A DNA stretch of 64,000 nucleotides from Sphagnum compactum. Taxonomy: Eukaryota. The position numbers and the translations under genes were made by a program. This document shows, one piece after another, positions 13,277 to 26,432 of this stretch. The stretch is taken from contig OZ234493.1 in assembly GCA_965153455.1 (NCBI GenBank), positions 4,650,001 through 4,714,000 on the forward strand. The letters run 5' to 3'. Positions within the stretch are counted from its first letter, which is position 1. The number at the start of each line of letters is the position of its first letter. The notes beneath the pieces were generated by a model. The model was not told the origin of the DNA and searched no databases. It saw nothing but the letters and a program-made list of their open reading frames with translations.

Positions 13277-13666
13277 TAAAGTTATCTATAAAGTCACCCT
13301 CTCTTTCACCCCCTATCCTCTCTTTCAGTGGTATCCGCAAAGTAAGATAATTTTATTAAATCTCAGTATGAAATGCTGAAACTCAGCATTTAGTGCACAA
13401 GGTCCAAGAGTAATTATACAGGTTGGAGCAGTGAAAATATATGTAGCAGAAGTGGAGGCGCTCAAGAAAAAGGAAAGAAGGAATGAAACTCAGTTGACCA
13501 CCAAAATTAATTTCATCAAATTGGTGGAAAAACTAGTTTGGGTCCACTTATTTCGTTTTGTAAAATTTTCATTCCCAGTCGTGCATTTGATGCCCTATTA
13601 TGTCGAAACTAGCTGTTCTCGCTCCCTAATCGCCTGACTTTATAGATAACTTTATAGATAACTTTA
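13277..13666. mobile_element. ~380-bp MITE-like insertion with 20-bp terminal inverted repeat
   Basis: TAAAGTTATCTATAAAGTCA (13277-13296) and its exact reverse complement (13635-13654), followed by a 12-bp slippage duplication TAGATAACTTTA. It appears to interrupt a copy of the dispersed repeat (...CAGATTTGTATACTTGATTTTTAT | TGCGTAGCCAAAAATATAGAAGG...). Confidence 0.65.
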
Positions 13667-13667
13667 T

Positions 13668-13785
13668 TGCGTAGCCAAAAATATAGAAGGATGATTGAAG
13701 ATTTATACATTATTTCTGGTTTATATCCAGATTTGACTATATCTTCCTAAGGATGGTCATCACTTTGGCTACAAACAAAAAATTC
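13668..13785 (-). repeat. Copy of a dispersed short repeat family (core GATTTAGCCAAATCTGGCTA...TATATTTxTGGCTAC)
   Basis: Reverse complement aligns by eye with 27880-27975. Related pieces lie at 13115-13151, 14069-14135, 14545-14590 and 60225-60385. Confidence 0.7.
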
Positions 13786-16700
13786 CAAAAACAGACACTG
13801 ACCATAATGGCCTCAATTGGAGAGCCTTATCCAAGGGGAAAAAAAGGGGGTATTGAAGCTAACTTAGTAAAAGTTAGCCATCAAGGTGCCTCACAGGCCT
13901 TTACACTCACAATTGCCCTAAAGATCAAAGGCAAAACAACAAACATCTTTTTGCAATGGAGAATTACCCACTATGTAGGGCTTTGAAGGTTTTTTTTTTG
14001 AGAGAGATGAACAACATGTGATATTCAAGTGTGCAGGTTGTTGGTGCTTCTTTTCTTTTTTTTCAATCTTGTAATGTGGCTGATGTGGTGATCATCCATA
14101 CAACAACTAAAGCAAATCTGGCTACAACAAAAAATGAGAGTAAATTTTTTTTAAGTATGATTTTATTGTTACCCCACTAGAACTTAATAAGAGATTTTAC
14201 ATACTTTTTTAAAAAAATTCCAGAGTTGGCAAATAGAAAACATGAAAAACACTTTTTTTCACTATTTCCCCCCAAATCATCACCACACGTGATGTGAAGT
14301 TTGGCCTTTTAAAAAACCCATATTGAGGTTTAGACAATTGGGGTTGTTAGAGTTCATTCAGAAGTTAGACGATATCCCTCCAGGTTCTTCATGAAGAAAA
14401 GACCCAGAGTTAAAAACACGAGAGAAATTCATGATTTTGAACTTCAAAAGTATAGTGGAGAGGTAAGAGCTTAGGATATAATTTAATGCTTTGGTGTAGT
14501 CCAAACAATGTAACTTTGGTTATTAAACTTTCCCCCGGTAAAATTGTCCATAAGATGACTTACTAAACTTGGCTATAAACAAAAAATTGAAAGTTAAAAA
14601 TATATATCTATATATCCTTTTTTTTTCTGGTACCTATTGGAACTTAATACAAAATTTGGTGATTGTTGTACTTTTATTTCATAATTTGACAACAAGAAAA
14701 ACCCAAGACACTTTTTTCGAATTTTTTAAAGTTGAAAATCACCATTTGTTGAAATTTTACCGACTCAAAATTGTGAGCATGAGTGAGTATTATCTAGGCA
14801 CAACTCAAATCTCTGAATGCCAAGGCCATAAAATGCATAGTCACTAAACCCCAGCTCTCTAAACTCTAAACTACAAAAATGTTCAGGGACTGACCTATCC
14901 ACCATCATTTGTTGGCCTTGCCTACCAAGGGCAAGGATATTGTGTTTAGATTCAATATATAGTATAGTAGCTTAAGGGATTTTGGCCCCTAGGTAATAAT
15001 AATAATAGGTCTATTTTTATATGAGGATTTTTGAAACATGATAATTTTGGCTTGTGTTGAAACTTGAGATTAGTTATAGAGTTATAATATCTTGAAGGAT
15101 TTTGGTTTCTTTTAGAGGATTTTTTTGGAATATTATATTTTTGTAAGGTGAAATATTTGAGTTTCCATAATTCTTGTTTTGCCTTAATATATACTTTCTA
15201 ATGTAAATGGCAGGGCCACAGTGTGACAGACCCCTTGTTACAATTTATAACTGTTGATAGTAGTAGTGTAGATCAATACCTAAGTTTTGAAGTTTGAACT
15301 TGAAGTCTCAAATGACTCGTTGCTTTCCTCAGTTATGTTTAACTGTTTTAAAAGTCTAAAGGTGGGGCCACACTTGGAGGTAGCCCAATTTTTCAATAAT
15401 GTTTAGAAAAATGCCATTTGTCACCCTAAAGTTAGCTATGGCCACTTTTTACTTACCTCCTATTTAGCTTGTTCATATGTACAACCTTAAAGAAGGGGTT
15501 AGCTTACCCTTTTCACCTTTCAGCAAAGTAGTGGTCACACCTCCGTTACGATGATGCTACGACGCTTTTCCATCACTAGATACCAAACATCAGACACCTA
15601 CTTTGGTTTGCTCTTGTTATGACACCAAACACCAAGGGAGAATGTTGCTGCCCTTCGGAGAACATTATGTTGTTGCTCAAGTGGTAAATTGTTGAAAGCA
15701 CTAAGGAAGGTCGTAGGTGAAAGTGCTAAGTTAGCACAGACTACTTATCTTGACGTTTTTTGAGAAATTAGCTACCTCTGGATTGTTGAAGAAAAATCTA
15801 ATTTTTTTGTAAATTCAAAGGTAGCAATTAGGCTAGCTACCTCTAAGTTAACTTCCTCTACCACATAGGCATCCACATAGGATTTGTAGGTAGTTATTTC
15901 TGCATGTGTGGACACAAGGTTAAATGTTTAACATTTCTAACTCTGATTTAACTATGTTTTACCTCCAAGTGTAACCCCACCCTAACTTGGATGCTAAATC
16001 ATATGTCTAACACCTCACTCACTTATCTTCCTTATATTTTTCACATAATCAAACTCCCCGCTTTTAGTGCCTTGGAATACGAACAACTAAGTACCTAACT
16101 ATTATTACCAAGTTTACCTCCATTCTCTTGGTATGCCAAAATTTTGAAAATAATAAAAAGGATCAAAAACAAATTTTACATAAATAATTTTTTTGTTGTT
16201 TTTTTAATGGTATCATCAAGACTTTAAATACAATTTTCAAGATGGTAACCAAATGGGAAAATAGTCCTTTGTCAAGACCTAGTAGGAAGTATAAATGATC
16301 TAGGTAGGAATTAAATAATTTATCAATATGGGTTACTAGGTTCACAAAGTGATCAATAGTAGGTAGGTTACTACCATTATAGAAATTATACTATGAAAAA
16401 AACTTTATTGAAATATAACTATTACCATGGAGATCTAAACAACTAAAAACCCCAATAATGAAAAATTATTGTATTAGAAGGGGAAATAAAAATTTAAAAA
16501 AACAAGAAGGTAAGATTTGTAGTAGATAGAACACCTATTGTAAATTCACATATAACAATCAAAACAAAAATGAAGTTATTTTACTTGGTTTGGGAGTTCA
16601 TTTAAAAGGGTTCGGTAGTGGAATTTACCTAATATATGACCAACTTTAAGTGGGTAGAGTACTATCAAACCTCTTATCCTTGAAGGAACCCAATGTATGC

Positions 16701-18247
16701 ACCTAGGTAGAATGCAATATTGCAATTGTAATAACTATGAAACTACATTGGTACAACCCCTCAAAGCAAGCATGCAAGAAGCCTAGAAAGTTCAACAATA
16801 TTGCAGCCGTTTGGAAGTAATTGGTGCTCCACACTCCATTTCCTAATCACACATTTTACCCTCTTATTTACACATACACAAAGTCTCAAGTTTGCCACAT
16901 GAAGGGATTTCAAACCCGAAATCCACACATTAAGTTCTCTCCTTGCATCCAAATTCCAATCGTTGAGTAGTTTCAAACAACCATTCCTTACTTCCTATGA
17001 AAGTTGTAACCGCATTGAATAACCATGTCAATTAAATCAACTTTCAATCCTATTTAAATGACAATCTTCATGCAACTCACTTGCCAAACATGTTAAATCA
17101 ATGCCAATTACTTTTCAAATAATGAAGGTAGCAATTACCTCTTAAGTCAATGGAGGTAGGGGCTTTTTAGCCACTCCTACCTATAGTAAATAATAAAAAA
17201 CAACCACAAATTGAGTAATTTTCTCTTGAACAATAACTTTCCCAACTAATGCAATCCATAGTGATGAAAATGTTGCAACCATGGAAGGGAAACAAACTAA
17301 CCATCACCTCAAATTTCAATCCACAACTCTTTTTTTGTAGATAAACAAGTTTCAAAAAATGTGATATTGGTTATTTAAAAGATTCAAGTGAAGTATACTA
17401 TGAATAATATGAAAAATCAAATGGCACCCACACGCTTAAAATTTGGAAGTAGCTATAATTTAAATATTATTGACATTATTAATTGGGCCTTAACATATAT
17501 GTTTTCACACTCCTTCCTTCAAGTTTTTATATCCATGAATAAAAATGACACATGGGCATGTGCATGTTACACCCATGCACATGCACTAGTCAAAAAGGTG
17601 AACAAATATTTATAGACCTTGCTTTAATTTGCATGTTAGTGCAATGACCAATGTCGTTTGCCCAAAATGGTGAGTCTCCTTCAATTCATTTTGCTTTGTC
17701 TCCCTTCACCTCTTTTCAAACTTAGTCATGTTATTTTGAACTTTTGAGCCCAATGAAAACATGAAGAATCTACTAATTAAAAGGAAATTAATTTGGACAA
17801 GTAGTAATCTATAACCTTGGATGATGTCCCAACAATGCTATCAAAAAAACATTCTAAAACATTTTGAGTATACATATTGTAAACCAACATACAAAAAAAA
17901 TCAAATTAAAAAATATAAATCTCAAACCTTAAAAAACCCTAATCAAGTTGCCACTTAGGAGCTATTAAACACTAGTTAGTAGGTACTAGCCTTGAACTTA
18001 TGATGTGTCAAGTTTCAAACACATTATATGTTAACATTCTTAGGTCAATAAACAAAAGTATCATCCTCTTGTTTTCTTTCTAAAAAAGGTGTCATCTTCA
18101 TTTTTTTAATCATGAATTAAATGGTAGTTGACATTTTATAGTTGTTTGTTATTTCAATAGTGTTTCATGCACAAATATTCATTGCTCATATGAAGCTTTG
18201 ATTTTTATATTTACATGGTTTTTGTGTCGCAAGGAATAAGAATGAGG

Positions 18248-18388
18248 TTTGACTTCCACCATTGTGTGAAACAAAAGGGGTCCATTCCCCATCCAATTTG
18301 ACTTCAAGTGTTGTGTGAAACACGAGAGGTCTTCATCCAATTTGACTTCAAGTGTTGTGTGAACCATGAAAGGTCTCCACCCAATTTG
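18248..18388. repeat. Three-copy ~44-49-bp tandem repeat
   Basis: TTTGACTTC(AAGTG)TTGTGTGAA(A/C)CA...AGGTC...CA(T/C)CCAA repeated three times. Confidence 0.85.
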
Positions 18389-19329
18389 GTTATAAAATCT
18401 AATTCAAGTTTTTTCTTTCACTTTTGCATTTTGTCATCATCTTGTTTTTTTGTGTTGTCTTATTAATTTGTTTTTTGAAATTTTTTGGTCATTGTTTTTT
18501 TTATAGCACTTGGCTTTTTACTAAGGGTAAACAGTTGTTTTTGTTTTTTCCTCTTTGATTATTTTCTTTTTATTTACAAACTTGTTGAGTAGGGATTTTT
18601 GTTTGTAGTCAATTTTTTTTGTTTTGTAACTTGATGTGGTTCCCATTAGGGGTTTACCATTTTATTTTTTGCTTCTCTTCTTTTTTTGGCACAAAAATTG
18701 AGATAAACCCGTGGGCGAAAATATTCCTTCCCATGGCCCACAAATTGACATTTGGCTTGCCTTCTTGTACCTAACTTGTTTCATCCATGACTCTACTAGG
18801 ATTGTTGTAACATACCAAGTTGTGAAGTTGCAACACATTGAATTGTAGCAATTTTTTGGGTCATTTTTTGACCTTTTTTTCATTTTGTTTCATCATTTAA
18901 AAAACTTTCATTCAACTTCTTATTATCATTTGAAAATAGTTTGGTATTTTGTACATTTCCAAGTTTGCATTGTATGTGTTTTTACAATAAATTGACAACC
19001 TATATTAAGATTCATGATGTCTTTTAATAATTCTTCTTTAATTATTAATAAGCAAATGAATGGCTTCCTAAAGCATTAGATTGGACATTTGTTAAACATG
19101 GAAACTTTTAGGAATTATGATACTAATATTGTGCAAAAACATTCAAAACAACATCAATAACAAGAATAAAAGAACAAATTTTTAAAATGTAAAATTGTGT
19201 TATTCAATTCCATAGGAAATTCTTCAACCATTGGAAGAACAAGTTGCTAAATCTTCTAAGAAAAAAATTGGGCACAAGAAAATGGGAGGGCCCTTTAGTT
19301 AGTAAAATTATCATTGATTTAACAAAACC

Positions 19330-20690
19330 AAAATTGAAAGCAACTTGTTGCATGATATTCTTTTCAATGTCATCAAATCAAATCATTTTTAAGAAATACT
19401 AGTTGATATTAAACATTATGGCCTTGTATATGTTTGTCCAAGTTATTAAAAATTGTGAACAATCTTGTTTAAATTGATTTGATTAAGGAATTGGGTGTTG
19501 TGAAGGAAAGTTGAAGGGATAGAGGATGTATAATAACATGTGATGGTTGGACAAATGTCAATAAGAAACCACTACAAAATATCTTGTGTGTGTTCTCAAA
19601 AGGTGATTTTTTTTAGGCATTTGATATAATGGGGAAGGACAATTAAGATGGCCACATACATTGCTAACATTATTTGTCAAGCAATTGAAAAAGTGGGTAG
19701 TGAAAATGTTGTGGTGATTATTAATGCAACAATGTACAAAAGTGTTGGACATTTTTTAGAGGATAAGTATTCATATCATTTATAATGATTACACAATTCA
19801 TGGATTCATCTTGTCCTTGAAAACATAGGAAAAATAAAATAGATTACTAAAATATTCAAAGAAGGCAAATTTAACATAAAATTTATAACCAATCATCATA
19901 AAAATCAAGCATTATTTAGAGAATTTTCAAGTCAAGAAGACAAGTTGGAATTATTAAGACTAGGAGATACATGATTTGGAACAAATTTCATTATGTTTAA
20001 ACACCAATACAACAAATGATAGGAAGTGCAAAATGGAAAAAGTGGGTTGGTCCAAAGGAAAAAATTGATGTTGAATGTGCACTTGTGATCAATCAATTTT
20101 GAATTTTTTCTAACATTAATTAATTGAGAAAATCAATGCAATGGAAAATTTACCATTAAAAAATGAAAAAAAAATTTGTTAATATATTAAAAATGATCGA
20201 TGGCATTTCATCCATAGTCTAATGGATTATGTATGAACAATTTTGGATCTAGAAGGGAATGGGAAAGGACATGAAAAAATCAAAGAATTCATGATGGGAT
20301 TTCAAAAAATTAGAAACAATTTTTTTCTTGACATATGTGATTATGTGAAAATTGATAAACAACTTGTTCATTATAGGAACATGTAGGGACTAACCCAATG
20401 ATGGTTTTGGTTGCCAAAGAAATATTTACCCATATTTTATGGAATTCATATCGATTAGATACTTTAAATTTGTAAGGCTTTGTAATTAAATTTTTAAGTC
20501 AAATGACAATAACATCTACATGTGAAAGAAATTAAGGAACCATTGAATTCATTCATAGCAAAAATTGAAAAATGTTAACTTATGAAAGGGCTACAAATTT
20601 TGTATTTGCATTTAGTAATTTATGATTGAATTTTTTTTTGTATATCTTGATTATAGAAAGAATTCGTAGAATGGGCATGTGATGATGATG
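19330..20690 (+). mobile_element. Degenerate hAT-superfamily transposase (DUF659 plus C-terminal dimerisation domain)
   Basis: Fragments GCIITCDGWTNVNKKPLQNILCVFSKGDFF (~19524-19615), VGSENVVVI, ELLRLGDT*FGTNFIMF (decayed RPGxTRFxTNF) and LSQMTITSTCERN*GTIEFIHSK (hAT dimerisation SxCERNWS-like). Many stops and frameshifts. Confidence 0.85.
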
Positions 20691-21482
20691 AGTAGATTAT
20701 CAACATGTTATGTTGAGGTTGTATTCAAATTATTCTTTTAAACGATTTTCTATTCAATCAAAAAGATTTCATACTTTATCATTATTTTTGTGTTGCCTTA
20801 AAAAAAAAAAGGTATTTTTGTTTCTTTTAAAAACACCATACTTCATTTGTGGTAAATACATTTGGGCCCAAGGTTTCTAATGCAGTTCATTACACTATAC
20901 AAAAGTTTTGTTAGGGTTAGTGTTTTGAAAATTTTGTTGTACAAATCAAGGTTCAACATGCATGAGCACCCATCGTCCTTTGTAAGTTTTATATATGATG
21001 GACCTTGTGAAATATAAAAATGTTCGAAGATCCAAATATAAAACCCATAACCAATAGATGGAGGGAATGCAAGCAAACAATAGAATAATGTTCCTTTCAC
21101 TTATTGGCATGGTCTACCCATATGGAAGGGGAAATACTACAAGTATATAAAAAAAAAACTACAATGTTTAAAGTGAAATATAGTCCATTGTTTTCAACCA
21201 TGTTTTTTCAAATAAAAGCTTTCCTAATCAGGCATAATGCAACTTGGAAACAATGGGTGCAGTCACAATAAACGAGCCAAAAAGGATGTCAAATGACAAA
21301 AAAAACAATCAAAATTGGAAAAATACTTATGTTTTACCATTTCAAACCATGGCAATCATGGCAAGTTGTTTCTCTTTCATTCATATGAATATCAAGGAAT
21401 TCAAACCAAAAATCCATGTGATAAAGTTTTCAATTTAAGTTTCGATTAAAAACCTTTGGAAATGGACACCTATTACAGCAGA

Positions 21483-22302
21483 TGACGCGCTCCTTGGTCC
21501 CGAGGTGAACCCACTTGAGGGTTCACCAATGTGAAGTTGCGGAAAGTGGGGACCGAAGGGCACGCTCCCGACTTCCAACCCTAGAAAGGGGTAGAGGGTC
21601 GAGTTGGAAGCCCCGGGATTAGACTAGGAAGATGGACTAGTAGATCAAGCACGAATCTGCATCCAAAACCAACCACAAATGGGTTAGTTCACATTCGAGA
21701 ACACCCTTGGGTGTTGGGACAAGCCACGGGCACTTTGGACTACTTGACTCACCACGGCCCGGACTTGGGGGAAGCCACCACCTTCCCCCTTATAGTTATC
21801 TCTGCAGCTCACCACGGAGGCTACATCCAAATGGCACATTTTGTTGGGACTCCCGAAATGGAGTCCCGAAACTGTCCTGGCGGGACTTCCAGGACTTTGA
21901 ATGGTCATAACTCCCGATTCCGAAGTCCGATCGCGACAAGGTCTGAACCAAAGTTGTAGCCCTCGTCGAGATCTTTCTAACGCCATGTCGCACTCCCTGA
22001 GGCGACGTCGGGAAAGGGTCGATTCCCGACTTTTAGTGGTCGGGAGTATAATTGCCAGTTTGACTCCCGGCCCTTCTTTTGCCCATAACTTGGGCTTCAG
22101 ATGTCCAAATGGTCAATGCGAGGCCATTTTCAATATCTACGTTTCAAGACCTTTTCAATGACACCAAGAACACCCTAATGCGAGGTGTTTTGGGCCTTGC
22201 TGTTGAGCTCTGAACATTCGGGAGTCCCGGAGGACTCCAAACCTCCGACTTTTCCAAGTGTTGGGCTTCACCCCCACACTTGGACAAAGTGGGGTTGCGA
22301 CA
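21483..22302 (-). mobile_element. Solo LTR (820 bp)
   Basis: TG...CA termini with short imperfect IR (TGACGCG / TTGCGACA). Perfect 5-bp TSD GCAGA at 21478-21482 and 22303-22307. GC-rich compared with the flanks and no pol sequence adjacent. Orientation is tentative. Confidence 0.9.
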
Positions 22303-25300
22303 GCAGAAGGAATCAATTTCGCAAAGGACTATCAAAAGGACTCATATAATAAAACAAAATTAATGGAAAAAAATAAAAAAGATAAAAACCTGTTAGTCAC
22401 ATTCAAAAAACATTCATACCTTAAAATATGTGGAAATTTCAAACTTTAAAAATTCAAAAAACTTTCCAAAATTGATCCACATTTTTTTAAAATTCAAAAG
22501 TCTTTTACCACATATAAATGGGGTATAATGTACATGACATGTTCAAAAAAAGTCGTAGCTTATTATACAAGAAAACATATAAATTTTTAGCATCAAAATT
22601 TGGTTATGATTTGAAATTGTTATCATTTTTAAAGATGAAACACTAAATTTACAAGGAATCAACACATTTTTAAAAATTCATATTTATTCCAATATTATTT
22701 TAAACATGTAATTAGACAATTATGAACATTTATTGTAACAATTTGTAAAAAAATTGTTCAAAAATTCATTTGTATGAAAAAGTTATTTTTGGGCAAAAGG
22801 ACATGTAGTCCTTTTCTAAAGTAATGTCATTGGCTAGTTTTATTTCGTTTGCACCCCAATGTAAGAACCAATTCAACAAGTCCAAAAGAAAAATTTCATG
22901 GTAAATTCATCTTGTTGTAAGGTAACAAAAATGGTGGAATCAAAATTCAAAATTAAAAGGTTCTTTGATCCTAAAATGTTCAAAATATCAAAATTGGAGG
23001 TTCATTGATTTTTAATTTTTAAAAAAATTGAACTAGAAGCTAATTTAGAAATTTCAAATAATTGCATTAGTGAGGAGTCTTGGGAGAGCTTCCATTTTTC
23101 TCCACAAACTTCCACTTCATGTTGAGGGTGTTTGCATTCTTGTGCCATTTCTCCACACCTCGACCATTTCCATGGCCCAAATTCAAAGGAAGTTTCATCT
23201 TTCCTTTCTTCATGTCCCGTCCCTTTGTTGTCCACCCCATGAGTTGGTCACACACCCAAGTTGAGATCATGACACTAGTTCATTTGTGCATGTATTATAT
23301 AATTATCAAAAAATGACATCTTGTAACCTACCCGACATAACTCATTATATGTACACCAAGTTTTTATAATCAATTATAAAAATGTGGTATTATATTTAAT
23401 TGATCTCATCATTCATTGACAAAGTGCATTATGAATGTATAATTTCATCCATCACATTCGCTTTCAATCCATAATGTTTATTTAGGTCGAAGGTGTTCAA
23501 AAATATTTTTTTTAATGGTGAGTCACATCAAAACTTATTTGTATTAGGTATGAAAATGGTACTTTTATTTTTTTCAACATTAGTTTGAAATATGACCACA
23601 TGATATAATGTTGTTATTTTTGTTTCAGGTTTTCAAAAATTTCATGTTATGGATAAAACTAACATTTCCATGTTATGCATGGAAATATATTTTTATTTTC
23701 TTGCATATTCATGGTATGGTGACTCATTTTTCGCATAGGAATCACTTTATACAAGTCCCATACATTTAATTTTAAAATGTTCAAAAGAGTTGTTAATTTT
23801 AAAGAGTTCATTATTGTCATGTTTCACAATTAACAATTTGCCCACCTAAGTATATCCTAAACCATTTTGATCAAAACCCACATATGAACACATTGATGTC
23901 CTCTTTTATGGTGCATTTTGGAACCTACTTAAAATAAAATTGTTAAAGTTCACATGAACAATATAATCTATGTAAAAAAATCAAAAAACATTTGTGAATG
24001 GAAAAATAGAAACTTTGAAGTTTAAAAAAAACAATTTTAGAGGACTTATGAAAATATGGTCCAATTTTGACCATTTAAAAGTTTAAAATATTAAACTTTG
24101 GTTACGATTCTTAAGGGGAAGCTTCCATATCTTTTGATATTTATATTGCAACACATATATAAACACCACAAACCATATGGAATGGAAATCAATATCAAAA
24201 TTTCATTTCACATGTATAGCATTCCAATTAGGTGACTAGTCCATGTTGTCAAACTTTTAAAATCCATTATTAATAATGAGTGTACATAGAAATAAATAAA
24301 TAAAAATCTTCACAATGATGTTATTAATGTGGAATTGATTGCTAATTAACATATTTAAGATTTTTTAATCTAATTAGTATTTAAATGATATCTACTTAAA
24401 ATTGTTACACCAAAAATGAACCATCGTACCTTGCAACCACATTAGTGTTTGTATTTGTGATAGTAGTTGTAAACTTAAACTTTTAAAATGTGTCATAAGT
24501 ACCATGATTTTTTTCCACATGGGTTTCCAAAATTGACAATTTTGTGTATTATGCAAAAAATGAAAATAATGACCAGCCGAACAATATTATCAATGGATAT
24601 TTGATATACAATTTGCATATATAACAATGTCAATTTTAATCCACATAAAGGTTGAATATTATAGGGCTTTCAACTTTTTTTCCCATCAAATATGTTAAAC
24701 AAAACACAAGTATTAATGTTGTCAACATAATATTACATGTGAACTTGAACCAAACATCATGAATATCTAACCATATGTACTTTGAAGGCTCTTAAACGAT
24801 TTGGATGGAATACAACCATTATGAATTTGTATTTTTTTGTTTTGAAATTATGATTTAAAGGTTGAACCAACTCAAATCAGTAATACAATATGTGGCCAAG
24901 TTTTATGTTTCATTAGATTTTGGGTGAACTTGGATCATTTTACCATAATGAAAGTGGTGAACCTTTTAGTGAACAATGACCAATTGTTATGGACATCATG
25001 AATTCAATAAAATAGTTGAACTCACTAATAATTAATTCACTATGCTAGTCTCCAAGTTCCTAGATTAGCTAGGAGCCTAGATTAAGCCACTTAGGCTAAG
25101 AGACCTAACCTATTAGTTTTTTTTAGCATGGGTAGTTAGGCCACCCATGTTAAAAAAATGGGCCCTAGTTAATTTAGACTAGGTTGCAAGAGTTAAGATT
25201 TTATTCCCTCAATTCCATTTTGAGAGACAAATTCCATACCAAGTTCGACAAGATAAAGTAAACCAACAAAAAAAGTCTGCCCAAAATCCAATTTAAAAAT

Positions 25301-25944
25301 GAAATAATTTTTTATATGGACACAAGAAAGTAAATTCAAAACATTTTGAAGTAAAAATATGAAAAAAGGGTCATTGCATTTGGTTTATGGGAAGTTGGAT
25401 ACAAAATTTGAACAACTTTGGTATCAGAAAAGTAAGTTGAAATTATGTTTGAAATTGATTAGGTCAGTATGGTGTTCAAACTTACTTCATATTAAAATTT
25501 TGATATATTTTGATTATAACATGCATAATTTGACAATACATAAGTATTTTTTAGGGCTCCTTTAATTTGAAATTTGAAAAAAATCAATATTTCATCTACA
25601 TGTAACCCATCTTGTAAGATCAGACATCGTGCAAGTAGATGCATTTAAAAAAATTCTACTCACATCTACTTTCAAAATGGGGTTTTTCAACATTTTAAAT
25701 ATAAAATGAAAAATTATAATCATGTTAATTATTATAAAAAATTAAATTCTACTATCAATACATTGAAAATATTTCATGGTTATTTGTAATTTTTTCTTTA
25801 CGTAAAGGAGTGAGTTGTCTATTTTACCATTGCACCAAAACTTTTTATGTGAAACAATTCGTGACCACACTTTATTAAACATTTTTATACTATTTAAATA
25901 GATTATTGAACTTACTCAAATTAACCTACTTTAGTTTATATAAG

Positions 25945-26432
25945 CCTAGGTAAGCTAAGTTAACCTAAAGGCCTACTTGGCACCAACATAAGCTACCTAG
26001 GGGTTATTACAAGGGACCTATAAAAAACCTACCTAGGCCTACCTATGGGCTATTTAGGTTTGCTACTTAAAGGGGTTACCTATATAGCCTACCTAGGGAC
26101 AACATAGGCTTACTTAAAGGCTATCTAAGCCTACCTAGGGCCTATTGTAGGCTGCCATAAGAACTTTGTATGCTACCTTAGAGGTTATCATGTAGTCCTA
26201 CTTAAAGGCTATGTAGAGTACATAAGGGCTATTATATTATAGGTTACAATAAGGGATATTATAAGCTACACTAAAGGTTATGTAGGCTACCTAAGGGCTA
26301 TATAGGCCTACTTAATGACTACATTAGGGGTTACTATAAGTTACATTGATGGTTATGTAAGTTATTTAAAGGGCCTATTGTAAACTACCTAGGATTTAAA
26401 ATAGGCTACCTTAAGGGCTATGAGGGCCTACA
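25945..26432. repeat. Degenerate minisatellite, ~20-22-bp unit (consensus approx. TGTAGGCTACCTAAGGGCTA)
   Basis: About 20 diverged units, e.g. TAGGCTACCTAAGGGCTA, TAAGCCTACCTAGGGCCTA, TAGGCTACCTTAAGGGCTA. Confidence 0.75.

Noticed and set aside
16570-17150. Possible transposase remnant on the minus strand (also 49650-50100)
   Set aside because: No recognisable motif could be read.
18248-18388. CRISPR-like repeat-spacer appearance
   Set aside because: Only three copies, the intervening segments are homologous to each other, the context is eukaryotic and there are no cas genes. It is an ordinary tandem repeat.
21684-22335. Cluster of 60-100-aa ORFs on both strands
   Set aside because: They fall within the GC-rich solo LTR and show no protein motifs.
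22415-24118. Possible decayed TIR pair (22420-22500 vs 24040-24118)
   Set aside because: Similarity is weak and AT-rich, with no TSD; not supportable by eye.
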